DNA of 64,000 nt from Camelus ferus (lineage: Eukaryota): contig NC_045696.1 of NCBI RefSeq assembly GCF_009834535.1, forward strand, positions 93,436,001 through 93,500,000. Direction: 5' to 3'. The notes below the pieces were generated by a model. That model saw only the letters and a program-made list of their open reading frames with translations, did no database searches and was not told the origin of the DNA. Every line of letters begins with the position of its first letter. Positions within the stretch are counted from its first letter, which is position 1. A program made the position numbers and the translations under genes. Shown piece by piece: positions 51,390-64,000 of this stretch.

Positions 51390-52223
51390 CAGGATCACAG
51401 TCCCTTATCCAAAATTTCTAAATAAAAATTTTCTGAACATTTGAGTCCTTATGTAACTTATCTGGCAGCAAAGACTCAATTGGATACAAAACCATTGATA
51501 ATCTTTATTTTTCTCACTTACAGTGAATATTATTTTGTTGCAGAAATAATAATAATTTTGATTTCTAGATGCTGTTTCCAGAGGCTGCTGGGCTGCAGGT
51601 ATGCATAATCTATATCATATTATCTTTTATTTCTTTTACACTTTAATAATGGAAAATTTCAAATTCATTTAAAAAGGAATGTAATATTATAATTAACTCC
51701 CATGTACCCATCACCCAGCTTTAAAAAATCTCAATTTATGGCCAATTTTGTTTCATCTATACCATGACTACTTCCTCTCTATTATGTTGTTTTGAAGGAA
51801 TTCTAAGTCACCATGTTAACAGTAATTCCTTAATATCACCACATAGCATGAACCGTATGTTCAAGAATGTCATAGTTTAATTTCACAATTTATTAATTAT
51901 AGTCAAGACCCCAACAAGGTCCACACAATTGTCACTGGTTGATTTGTCTGAAGTCTTTTCTAAACAACTTCCTCCCCATCTTTTTTTTAAACCTTTTAGA
52001 TATATATTAGAGAATAAATAGGCTTTTGTCTTATAGAGTGTTCCACAGTCTAAGTCTTGTAGATTGTTATCCTCATAAAGAAGTTTAACATATTCTTTGG
52101 ACCTCTGCATTTTCTATAAATTGATAGTTACACACAGAAGCCATAGTATTTTTTTAAAAATAAAAAATTCTGAATTCTGAAGCACATCTGTCTCCAGAGT
52201 TCAGACTAAGGATTATGAACCTA
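51390..52223. mobile_element. Old TcMar-Tigger-type element (MamRep137-like) split by an antisense L1 3' fragment (~51630-52140)
   Basis: Degenerate inverted termini 'caggatcacagtcccttatc' and 'gactaaggattatgaaccta'. The internal 'ataatggaaaatttcaaa...catgtacccatcacccagct' is an antisense L1M 3' end. Confidence 0.65.
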
Positions 52224-52473
52224 TATTTTTGTACGTTGGCAAAATTACTTCAGCCCCAAGTCCCTGGAAAACCTACCTTTTCTTCACAGTTCCCAGAATA
52301 TCCAAATATCCAATAACTAGTTAATGGCTGTACTAGGAGGAGAACTCTAGGACCTAGCAGATCTGAAGCCAGCTTCTGTTCTGATAATCAGTGCCCCTGC
52401 AACACCAGCTGTCTTATTTTCAATAAGACCATTGAATTCCTTTTCAGAAATATATTCTTTCTTTACTTCCTCT

Positions 52474-53805
52474 TTTTAAACATTTTAATTGAGATACATT
52501 CCACATATCATAAAATTCACCCATTTAAAGTGTAAAATGTTTTTTAGTATATCCAGAGTGGTACAAAAGTCAACACAATCTAACTTTAAAACATTTTCAT
52601 CATCCCCCCAAAGAAATCTTGTACCAATCAGGAGTCACTCCCCACCATCCACCCTTAAAACCTAAGCAACCACTAACTTACTATACTGTCTTTATAGCTT
52701 TGCCCAATTTGGACATTTCATATAAATGAAATCATACATTATGTGGTCTTTTGTGGCTGGCTTCTTTAATTTAGTACAATATTTTCAAGTTCATCCATGC
52801 AGTAGCACCTATCAGTCTTTCCCGTTTATTGCTAAATAATATTCCTTTGTGCGGATATACCAAATTATTTTTTTTCATTTATCCGTTGGTGAATATTTAG
52901 ATTGTTTTGACTTACTATATTATAATTAATGTTGCTATAAACATCTGTGTACAAGTTTCATTGTTAACATATATTATCATTTTACTTTGGTATAAGCATA
53001 CCTTGTTTTATTGTGCTTCACAGATATTGTGTTTTTTACAAATTAAAGGTTTGGGGCAACCCTGTATGGATCAAGTCTGTTGGTGCCATTTTCCCAACAG
53101 CCTCTGCTCACTTCATGTCTCTGTGACACATTTTGGTAATTCTCAGAATATATCAAACTTTTTCATTATTATTATATTTGTTATGGTGATCTATGATGTT
53201 ACTATTGTAATTGTTTTGGCATTTTTAAGCAATAAAGTATTTTTAAATTAAGGTTTGTACATTTTTTAAGCTATAATGCTATTGCATACTTCATAGGCTA
53301 TAGTATAGCATAAATATAACTTTTATATGCACTGGGAAACCAAAAAAATTCCGGTGACTTGCTTTATTGTAACATTCACTTTATTGCAGTGCTCTGGAAC
53401 AGAATCTACAATATCTTTGAAGTGTGCATTTATGTACTTAAGAATATATTTGCTTGGATGTATGATGAATATTTTGAGGAACTACCAAACTGTTTTCCAA
53501 AGTGGCTGCTCCATTTTACAATCCTACCAGCAATGCATGAGGGTTACAATTTCTTCACATCTTTATCAACACTTATTATTGTCTGTATTTTTAATTTTAG
53601 CCACCATAGTAAGTATGAAATAGTATCCTATTGTGGCGTTGATTTGTATTTCCCTAGTGACTAAAGATACTGAGTACTTTTTCATGTGCCTATTGGCCAC
53701 TTGTATATCTTTTGGAGGAACATCTATTCAAAACTTTTGCCTATTTTTCTACTGGGTTATTTTTCTTTTTACTGTCGAGTTGTAGGGGTTCTTTACACAT
53801 GTTGT
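52474..53805 (-). mobile_element. L1MB-type 3' end, interrupted by a Tigger1 derivative
   Basis: 'ttaattgagatacatt...cataaaattcacccatttaaagtgta', 'ggacatttcatataaatgaaatcatac', 'tttgaggaactaccaaactgttttccaaagtggctgc'. Confidence 0.9.
52993..53430. mobile_element. Internally deleted Tigger1 derivative (Tigger1a_Art-like)
   Basis: Both Tigger1 ends ('gcataccttgttttattgtgcttcacagatattg' and 'aacttttatatgcactgggaaaccaaaaaa...caatatctttgaagtgtgc') are joined at ~53219. TA on both flanks. Confidence 0.88.
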
Positions 53806-54755
53806 TCCTATTGAAGACAAGTTATCTCGGTTTGGTTTTTTAACTTTCATCATTAGTTTCAAAGTCCTCCACACTAAATATTTTGCTAGGAGAGTTGAAG
53901 TTGCAGATTAGACTGATTAATGTTTGACTGCATATTTCTCTCCCTTTTCATCAAATGATAGCAGTGTTCACGGGGTGACATGGAGGAGTGAAAGGAGAAC
54001 AGGAGTAATAGAATTTGCTAATCAGGCCTTAAGTAATGGTAGCTTGATTGCATTTGAAAACTGATGTAATGACGCAGAAATAGGAAAGGTGAATTTTTTT
54101 AAAGAATGTTGAATTGGAAAATACAAAGAGAGATATTCTTTCTGGCAAAATAAAGCTAAAAATAAGTATCTATTTCTGATGATATTTTTAAAAGTTCAGC
54201 ACATGTAATACACACTGGAGGATAAAAATAGATTGCCCTTTGGGGACTTTGGGCAGCCTATTATGGATTGAATTTTCTGTGATTTGCTTTATTTCTTCCA
54301 GTTATATTAAAGAAGGGAACTGTTTCATAGCATCTCATGTCTTTTCACAATTAATTCCAAATTAACAGACTATACTTTATTCAGGGCAATCATCTCAAGT
54401 TGGCTTGATTACTGACAAAAGACATTCAAAGAGGAAATGTTAAATCAGAATCTTCATTCCAGAGAGTAAATAATAAATGGGAAGTTATAAATAATAGCTT
54501 TATAGCAGGAAAAATATAGCTCTATATTACAATATAAACCTCCCATTTAATTCTCATATCTATTTCCCTCCCTCCCTCCTTCCCATCCTCCCTTCTGCTC
54601 TTCACAGAGACTTTTCATAGGCTTTTTTGCTGATTTTTTTCTGAAAGGGTGGGTAAAATAAGAAAAGCTTAAATAGCAATCATAAGCCATTTTATTTTTA
54701 AAATGGTAAACCCATCCACAATCTAGAAGGGTTTTTATAGATGTTAGAAAGGTCA

Positions 54756-56067
54756 AAATAATCCTAAAATTTACATGGAATCACAAAAGACCCAGAACTG
54801 CCAAAGGAATACTGACGAAAAAGAATAAAGCTGGAGGACTAACCCTCCCAGACTCCAGACAATACTACAGAGCTACAGTAAATAAAAACAGCATGGTATT
54901 GGCACAAAAATAGACATATGGATCAATGGAACAAAATAGAGAGCCCAGAAATAAACCCAAAGACCAACAGTCAATTAATCTTTGACAAAAGAGGAAAGAA
55001 AACACGATGGAGTAAAGATGGTCTCTTCAGCAAGTGGTGTTGGGAAAACTGGACAGCCACATGTAAATCAATGAAGTTAGAACACCCTGTCACACCATAC
55101 ATAAATAAACTCAAAATGGCTTAAAGACTTAAAACATAAGACAAGACACTATAAAACTCCTAGAAGAAAACATAAGCAAAACATTCTCTCATAAATCTTA
55201 GCAATGTTCTCCAAGGGTAGTCTACCAAGGTAATAGAAATAAAAGCAAAAATAAACAAATGGGACCAGTCAGAATGGTCATTATTAAAAAGTCCACAAAC
55301 AATAAATGACAGAGAGGCTGTGGAGAAATTGGAACCCTCTTACATTGTTGGTGGGAATGTATTTTGATGCAGCCATTATGGAAAACAGTATGGAAATTCC
55401 TTAACTAAAAACAGACTTACTCTATGACCCAGCAATCCCACTTCTGGGCATATATACAGAGAAAACTCTAATTTGAAAAGACACATGCACCCCAATGTTC
55501 ATAGTAGCACTATTTCCAGTAGCCAAGACATAGAAGAAACCTAAATGTCCACAGACAGATGAAGGAATAAAGAAGTTGTGGTATATTTATACAGTAGAAT
55601 ACTACTCAGCCATAAAAAATAATAAAATAATGTCATTTGCAGCAACATGGATGGACCTGGAGATTATCATACTAAGTGAAGTAAGTGAGAAAGAGAAAGA
55701 AAAAATACCATATGATATCACTTAGATGTGGAATCCAGAAAAATGACACAAATGAACTTATTTACAAAACAGAAACAGACTCACAGACACAGAAAACAAA
55801 CTTGTGGTTACCAGGGGAAAAGGAAGAGTCAAGGGATAAATTGAGAGCTCAGGATTTATATATAAAACAGATAAACAACAAGGTCCGACTGTACAGCACA
55901 GGGAACTATATTCAATACTTTGTAATAGCCTATAATGAAAAAGAATATGAAAAGGAATATATATATACATACATACATACACACACACATATATAAAACT
56001 GAATCACTATGTTGTACACCGGAAATTGACAGAATATTGTAAACCAACTATATTTCAATTAAAAAAA
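54756..56067 (+). mobile_element. 5'-truncated, relatively young L1, same family as 14257-15563, with an internal deletion
   Basis: ORF 54918-55124 is L1 ORF2 ([13 protein letters not shown]...[15 protein letters not shown]). The 3' UTR is collinear with the 14.3-kb copy. TSD AGAAAGGTCA (54746) / AGAAAGCTCA (56068). Confidence 0.95.
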
Positions 56068-56519
56068 AGAAAGCTCATGGGCAAATAGTGCCTAAATGCT
56101 CATTTAGCATATCAACAAAAATAAGAAAACAAATTTCTTAAAAAAATTTACAGAAGTTATTGGTCAAGTTAAGTCCAGAGTGGCTTCCTATGAAGATATT
56201 TTTGGATGTCACTCTCCAAATTTTCCAGTAGTAATTCTGGACTGCCACACAGTTATCTGCTATGAGACAAAATTAATATAAAAGAGGGAAAAATGAGCAG
56301 AAGGAAAGTTTTAGAAAGGGAACATCAGTAAACTTTTCTGTGAGAGGAAAGTCTGGAAATGTAAAGGTCATTGGCATCACCTTAAGACTCTAGAAAGTGA
56401 ATTAATCTTTTGAAAATTCCATTGACAAAGAAAGATGACATTTTCCAAAAATTTTTGCTTATTACTTAAAATTCAACACATACAAATATTAATCCATTGT
56501 CTTTCTCCCAATAGTAAGT

Positions 56520-57345
56520 TAATGAAATGAGCCAGTATCTACCAGCTGAAGAAGAAATCTGGGAAGCCTTCAAGATTAAACCCTTCTCCTCATCCCTCCC
56601 ATTTTTAATGGTTCCATAGCTCTCTTGTCCATTTCACTTCCTTATCATCATTAAGATCTGACCCAGTGTCTTTATTCCCATTGCTTTGGGGCAGGCGCTC
56701 ATCATTATCTGTCTGGACTATTGCAATTTCCTTCTAAATTGCCTAACTTTAGTCTCTGTATCTTGCGGTCTATTTGTCACATAATCAGAAAGTAATCTTT
56801 CTTAAAAAAAAAGAAATCAGATCATATTAATATCCTGATTAAAACATTTAACTAAATTCTTTGCATAGCATGCAAGATGCTCCAGTATTTGGCTTTTATC
56901 TCTCTGATTTTATCCTCCATTGCTTCCCTCCCCTCAATCCAACACACTGTATGCCATCACGTTAAACTATTTACAGTACTCTGTATCAAAAATGTTCTTT
57001 CATGTTTCCATGTGTTTGAGCATATTGTTCCTTGTACTGAGAGTCCTGCTCTCCCTACCACTCCTAGTAAACTCTCACATACTCTTCAGGCCCATGCAAG
57101 TGTTTCTTCTTCCTCTTGGAACACTCCCCTGGCCCTTCTAACCCACATATTCCTCTGTTCCACGACTGCATCTTAAGCACCCGTGTTATATTCCTAGTCA
57201 CGAAGAATTTTAATGACTTGTTTGTATATTTATCTCTTTTCAGACTGTGGATATCTAGAAATTATACCTTTTCATCCTTAAATGTGGGCACCTTATGGTT
57301 ACTCACTAATGTTGTACGAATGAATGAATCAATCAATCAATGTTC
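56520..57345 (+). mobile_element. L2 fragment including the 3' end
   Basis: 'ctcatcattatctgtctggactattgcaat', 'aaatcagatcatatt...cctgattaaaac', tail 'gaatgaatgaatcaatcaat'. Confidence 0.8.
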
Positions 57346-59157
57346 TAATGATGCTAAGACACAGAGGTATTTAGAGATTTGCCCAAATATATTGCATGAA
57401 TCAGGGATAGGTCCAGGAATAGATCCTGGTGCCTCCCACTCCTTTCTATTCCTCAGATGCTCAGACCATGATTCACTGTTTCATTAACAAGAGAAGATGG
57501 AAAGATTTTAATTTGTCTTACATAAAGTCACCCATCATAAGAAACTATCCACTGTATTCTACTGTCTGGCTTTTAGGAGTAAAAATACATCTTGATGTTC
57601 TAGCCACATTTTGCGGGGATGTTCTTTCATCCCAGGCACAATGTGCCCAGAATAGATTCAGGCAGCATTGATATTTGAATAAAAGAACTAAACTAAAAAT
57701 GTCCTAAGCTCAAAAGAGAATTGATGTCAACTATCAACTGCTGCTTATCTTTCCTCTTATTTTTCTTCTAAAGTAGCAGATTAAGCACTTCTTACTTTTT
57801 CTTGCCATGAATTAAAAATTTGTCTGTATATTTTAGCTAAGAAGTCCCTTGAGATTGCAAATTCAGGAAAAAAAAAAAAAAACACACAAGCAAAAAAAAC
57901 CCTTAGTAAAAGTGATACCTTGACACCTCATTGCCTTGTTAAATATGTTCTAAATTTTTCATAATGTAACTCTATTTCTAAATTAACTTTGACTTTGAGA
58001 GATCCTTTATTCAAAAATTTTCTCTGAAAGCATTTATCATGTGATTAGTCCTGTTTTTCAGACTATGTATTGTAAGGCAGCAAAATACATTTCTTCTTCT
58101 CATAAGTATAAATAAGGGATACATCATAAACCCATAAAAAGAATTAAATATTTGTGCAGGTGAAAAAAATGCAAGACTTATTAACAACCTTTATAAGCCT
58201 TATAAAACTGCATCTCCTTGTACCTTGTCTCAGTGCATTCAAAACAGACATCTAATTTTAATAGCCTTGAAAAATAATGCTGTTCTTTTGCTGGGTCTTC
58301 TTATAGAAATAGCACAGAAGATTAGATAATATAGTGCATTACAAAATTTCCTAAATATCTTGTTCTGATATTTCAGTTTTGCTCCAGGATTTCACTGTCG
58401 TGGCAGCTCTTCCATCACTACCCACATTCTCCTAGCTGCCATATTTTCCTCCATCCACTCCTTTTTTTTGCCTCTTTGCTCTGTTCCTCACATTCACAGC
58501 ACATGACCCACCCCACCACACCCACCCTCTGCAACTGAGGAGAGCCCCCAGGGACATGCTTTCAGTTCTCTTTTCTGATTGCTTATCATTTGAACAACAG
58601 CTCTTCTCAAATTCAGGTGAATAAAATTCCCCACACTGTTAAATACCATAATGCAGAACATAATTGATTGCTTTAAGAGTAAAATAGACCAATAGTGGTA
58701 AAAATTCACTGTTGAAAAATAACTCTGAAGTGAACTGTTGAAGGAACACTTTGTGGAAGAGGAGAGAATCTGGTCAGCTTAAGAAGGAAGAATAAGGCAT
58801 AGCTAAGATGAGATAAGCAGAGAGGAGGCATTCTAGGTGAGATGGGTCTGAGTAATTCACGTGAATCAGAGATGAATGTGGAGTTGGGCAGACAACTAGA
58901 AGTGGATTCTGTTTTTTTATTCTTTCTACACACACTGATGGTTTCACCAAGAAATCATTCAGCAGGCTCATTTAATAAATAGAGTATCAACAATACTTAT
59001 TTGTCATTCATTACTATAAAGACCCAAATAATAAAAAAGGACAGGCTTTTCTATTTTCTTTTTCTTTTTGGCATTCTCATTTCTACTTACGGAAGAAATA
59101 AGAGATATAGAATGACTTCATGATTAAATGAATATTTTTTAAAATATTTTTAAAATT

Positions 59158-59481
59158 GAGAAAGAGAAATTCTATATGATATCATTTATGCGTGGAATCT
59201 AAAAAATACAACAAACTAGTGAATGTAACAAAAAATAAGTAGACTCACATATATAGAGAACAAACTAGTAGTTACCAGTGGGGAGAAGGACGAGGGGAGG
59301 GCAATGTAGATGTAGAGGATTAAGAGGTACAAGCTATGGTGTATAAATAAGTTATAAGGATATATTGTACAATATACAGAATATAGCCAATATTTTATAA
59401 TAACTATAAATGGAGTATAACCTTTAATAAAAATTGTGAATCGCTATATTGTACATTGTACATCAACTATACTTCAATTAA
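59158..59481 (+). mobile_element. 5'-truncated artiodactyl-type L1 3' UTR (L1_Art-like)
   Basis: 'tggaatctaaaaaatacaacaaactagtgaat...gagaacaaactagtagttaccagtgggg...aatatagccaatattttataataactataaatggagtataacc...aactatacttcaattaaaa'. Degenerate TSD beginning AAAATATTTT. Confidence 0.9.
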
Positions 59482-62400
59482 AAAATATTTTCAAGTTTTC
59501 TCAATATAGAAAAGTAGATGAAATTTTGAGGCAGACATTAAGCCACTTATTTCCAACATAAAATCATTTTAATGAACGTTATTTGTAATGTATTAAAAAC
59601 ATGTTTCAGTTCACTGAGTACCTGTGTAATGCTTGAGAATATTCAGTAATTTTTTTAAATCTAAAACTTCATATTTTAACACTCTGGAAAAAATAAATTA
59701 TTATTTTCTGTATCTTTTAATTCTGCTAAGTCATCCCAAAATAAGCCAGCTACAAGTATGGTGGATTCTTTAATATAATTAATGCAATTAAGTAACAATT
59801 TTACTATGACAAGTGCTAATATACATTTCAAATATTTTGATTAAAAGTCTTAGAAGGATTTCTTTCATTTCTCCCAGTTTTCCCCTATAGACTCACTGGT
59901 TTAATGACCAAGAATGCAGTAATTAAACATTATTTCAGCATCATATGAAAGGGAAATATTTTGCTTTCAACAAGAAAGCACTTTAAAACTCAGTCAGATG
60001 TGGGTGTATATGCATAAGCAAACATGAATAAAGAAGAAAGAGACAGGTTATAGAGAATTTTAGAATCCTTTGTAAATTAATGTCATTAAGTCCACTTATC
60101 AGAATAAAGTATGGAATACCTTGAGGTGTTACGCTCAGCTGGTCACAGGAGAGTGCTAGAGCACCATTAAATTACCTGCTCTGAAATTACTGGAAGAACT
60201 CATGCACTAGAGAATGACTTAATGTGCTGGAGCAAGCTTTGCCTTGCACCGTTGATGGAAAGAGATAATAGCACATGCTGGCAGAAATTATAGTAGAATA
60301 CCAAGTCTACTTTATAATATCTCCAGATGTTAAGAATGGAATGATAAAGTGTGACAGAGCTATCATGTGCTATAATTATTTTAATCTTCGCAGTGCTATT
60401 ATAAAAGATTTCAATTTTGTTAAATTATCCTCTATATTTTAAAATTCCCTTTCAGCCAGCTCTTAACACTTCTACTAAATTGTTCCACATTTGTTGCAGG
60501 CAGCAATCTCTTGAACCAATGGGAATGTAATATGTGGACAAGATCACATTTAACAACCCTATTCTTCCTTGAAATAAAAGCTACATAACTGAGATGTGAT
60601 TCTGAGTCCTTGATAATGGAAAGACTTTGAAGTCAAATTTTATTTCATAGAATTGCAATAACTTTATGCATCACAATTCATTTTTATGACTTAAAGAGTT
60701 GAATAATATACAGTTCCTATTTTCTAGACAAAAACACTAAAGCACCTCAGAATCCAAAAGAATTTATGTTAGTAACTACAAGAACTGCAAGCCAGATTTT
60801 TGGTTATCTAGATTCCGCTAGCAAAAATAATGCTTCTTCACCCAATTTAATGATCAGTTTTATAAGGATCACATTATGATACTAAATCCACTTAAACTCA
60901 ACATTTGAGAGTGCTGAGTAACATAATTAAGCATGAAAATTTACTAAGTACAGGGAACCCTTGGAAGAATGGTGTAATTATATAGAACTTCTATGAAAAT
61001 TGTGAGGTATAAGGGAAGCTATAGACACATTACGCAGAGAAACACAATTAAACACAGCATTCTACATACAATTTGAGTGTGTAGGTTACAGGTTCCATCA
61101 AAAGATCTTCAGCTGTAAGGGTTCCGTCCCTATGACACAGACTGGGGAGGTGTGGTGCAGTTTCTACCGAGTTCTGAATTTAACATCAGGTCAAGCCACA
61201 TCTCCTACGTTTCTCCAATGCCCAAGTCAGGTTATCTCAACTCAGTATCACTTATTAAACTATAGATTCGAGTATAAATAAATATGAAACATTTCCCAGT
61301 ACTTAAAAGGCTTTTATAAAATGTAAGATTAATCAAATTTGTGTCCATGTCCACCCAGGAAGATTGCCAGCAAAGTCAGTAAAAAACTAGTCAGCCATAT
61401 TAGAATTTATAGAAAGAGTCTAAGGTAATATTTTGAATACTATGCCTAGTAGTAAATATTAAGACCCAAACCTGAAAACTTGTTTAATGATGTAGAAGGA
61501 TTATTTATTGAGCTATTAATTTTTATACTTCATTTATAGCTTAGAAGCATTGAAAATATGAGATGTGAAGGGAATATGCAGGCTGGTACAAAGGGTGTCT
61601 TGGTGATAAAATGTCTGGAGAGTACCTCAGTGCCTGGTAAGACCTCCCCAGGGGTTTTGGTCCTGCATGAGACCCAGAGACTAGAGGGACACAAGTGAAC
61701 ATTCCATCAACTCAAGGAGATAATGACTTGGAATTAAACTGCAGACTTAGAGAAAAATTTTAAATGTTTTGTTTTATTTCTCCTGGCACACTTGAATTTC
61801 TGTCAAGATGGGTTTATCTTACCACTCTGCTTCCCTCTCTGGTTAACTAAACTAAACAACCTGTACCATGATCCACACAAGGTGTAAGCGGCTTGCAGGG
61901 CTCTGGATGATCAAGAATCCTACATGCACTCTTTTCAGCCCCTGCAAGACACTTCCTACAAAATACTCTCCTGGTTCTGTTCATGTCACAAGGGGGTCAT
62001 GTCAGAGTGACAGGAACCTCTAGTAAGATATTGGAAATCAAGAACTAGGTCTGGAGAACAAGGGCATGAGGAGGGCTCCTCTGTCACAGACTCCAGTCTT
62101 ACTGTGAAGGAGCAGGCAAGAAATGCCCCATCTGGACTAGACAGACCTTTCTCTGTCTCTTTTCAAAGGGCAATAGCACCAAACTCACACTTGAGAGGGT
62201 GCACACCAGAGAGAACTGGACAACGCTTAAATTGACTCTCACTCCCTCTGTTGGACCCAGTACCTCATGTGACCCATTTACACCTCCAGCTCTTGCTACT
62301 GATGGCCCTAAGCTATCTTGATTGCTCCTAAAATGACCAGTATTCCAAAGCTATTTTTTTCTCTTTAACCTTTCCCCAACTCCACACACATGCATCACCA

Positions 62401-64000
62401 AAACTACAATTTATGCAATGCATCTTGATTAGGTTAAGCAAGAAGGATAAATAGCCTATAGTATGGGAATGGCTCCCAAGAGTACTCAGTAAACAAAAGG
62501 TGTTTTTTTAATTGCTGATAAGTCAGGGAATAGGGATACCATGTGGAGGGAAAGTGGGAGTGTACAAGTGCATAGCCATGAGCTGGATACCCAAGACTTT
62601 GCCTTTGGACATCAGAACAGCTTTCTGTTCTACAAAGTCTCCCACCACTTATCTTGCTCACTTGGCTGGAAGAAGGTATCTGAGAGCCCTGGTTTTTGCT
62701 CCTCTTTCCCTTTCCAGGAAGGCCTTGCTTGAGCGGAACACCCTGAGAGGTATAGCTTAAAGACACAGATTTTAAAAGGGGAGAAGGTATTTAGCAATCT
62801 TCAGAGATACTTCAGAATAACATCCTTTTTGTTTAGTTCTCTTCTTTTCTGCAAGATTATGTGAACACATTGTTTTGGCAAAGTAAAAGCCTTTTAGTCA
62901 TTTAAATTAGCTGTTTGCCATTAATTTCCAGTTAATCTAGAACAAAATAACTGTTGATGGATGAACTCTGAGTTTATTTGGTTGCAATACTAAACTTTCT
63001 TTATATAATCATGTCTCAATTTGTTCATATTGAATGGCATTCCAATTAAAGCCTCAAAAATCTACAACATAACCATGGATTGTGATTCTAAATCCATCGG
63101 TAAATTGGCCATTTGGAGCTCAGCATATATCCTCCCACAGAATTGATGGTTCAGTAGAGTGAGCCCCCTAATTGTTCCAATTCAAAACATAGCAAGTGTT
63201 CAGGGCGTAAGGAGGGAATTAAGAGGATGGCTCTGGTGTCTAGAAGGAAATACAAGAAGTCTAAGAGAGTAGAGGGATTAAGGATTTAAGGACCCTGAAA
63301 TAAAATTGCAGATTTGGCCAGTAGAGATGACTTCACATAATAAAAGCTCAAAGTTTCCATTATAGAACAGGCTTGGACCCATAGTGAGTAGGCTGGGGTA
63401 AGTTTAGTAAGAACCTAGAATTTTAGATTTAGGCATGTGGGATGTGGGATGGCAGGGTATGAAAACCCTAGGTGCTTCTGAACAAAGAACATATTTGCAA
63501 TCTGGTTTTTGTAAACTAGAGGACACTACAGTATCGGTTCATGGATTCAAGGTGACTGAGCTTCCTGGATAGGAAGTATGAACAAAGCATTGCTGAAAAA
63601 AGTGTGAAATTGATGGGGTCCACAGTAAATGCTTGTGAATCAGTCAGGATTGCTTCCTGACAGACTCAATGCCCAAATATAATGTGGAAACTAGCCATTA
63701 CACTGGTACTGTGCCATATCACAAGTTAATAAAATGGACTTACTGACAATACACAGAATCAATCATCCATATATGTGGCTCTTCTGCAGAGGCAATTATA
63801 ATTGCATCTATCTTGCCCAGCTGTGCCCAAACACAAATTTATCAGAAATCAATTTATGGATAAAATTATATACTTCCTAACTTACTACAAACTTCTGAAA
63901 TAGAAACAGTATCATTTAAGTTGATTTAGTTTTTCAGGAGGAAGTAAGTGGACATTCACTAAAGCAAAGGTATACCTGAATTCTTTACAGGTTAGTCTTA

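Noticed and set aside
52907..53664. ORFs of 98-114 aa
   Set aside because: They lie in Tigger1 terminal and antisense L1 sequence; the transposase region is deleted.
56877..57671. ORF cluster including the longest ORF (123 aa)
   Set aside because: Overlaps decayed L2/MIR sequence; no protein family resemblance.
1..64000. Prokaryote-type systems (CRISPR array, operon, defence system) or another novel multi-gene system
   Set aside because: The sequence is mammalian repeat-rich non-coding DNA, with no spaced direct-repeat array and no long ORFs.

Overview
Mammalian genomic DNA, AT-rich and CpG-depleted, with no supportable protein-coding exon or RNA gene: an intergenic or deep intronic region. 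Two tRNA-Ala-derived SINEs of the Vic-1 type (5244-5398 +, 34608-34733 -) point to a camelid (camel/alpaca/llama). A Tigger1a_Art-like element and artiodactyl-type L1 3' ends are consistent with this. The window is a layered record of transposons: ancient L2, MIR, L3 and hAT/Tigger fossils; MaLR and ERVL solo LTRs; old L1M fragments; and younger lineage-level insertions (two ~1.3 kb L1 3' ends with target-site duplications (TSDs), and a CpG-rich ERV solo LTR with an internal 51-bp tandem duplication). The supplied ORFs look like chance ORFs or translations of repeat fragments. I found no evidence of a new biological system. The best second-look items are a convergent pair of CTCF motifs (one apparently inside an L2 fossil), three perfect NRF2/MAF (ARE/MARE) 10-mers, a triple alternating palindrome at 18.2 kb, a microhomology-bounded deletion in a young L1, and several nested insertions. 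Repeat family names come from my recall of consensus sequences, not from a database search. Coordinates of old repeats are approximate.
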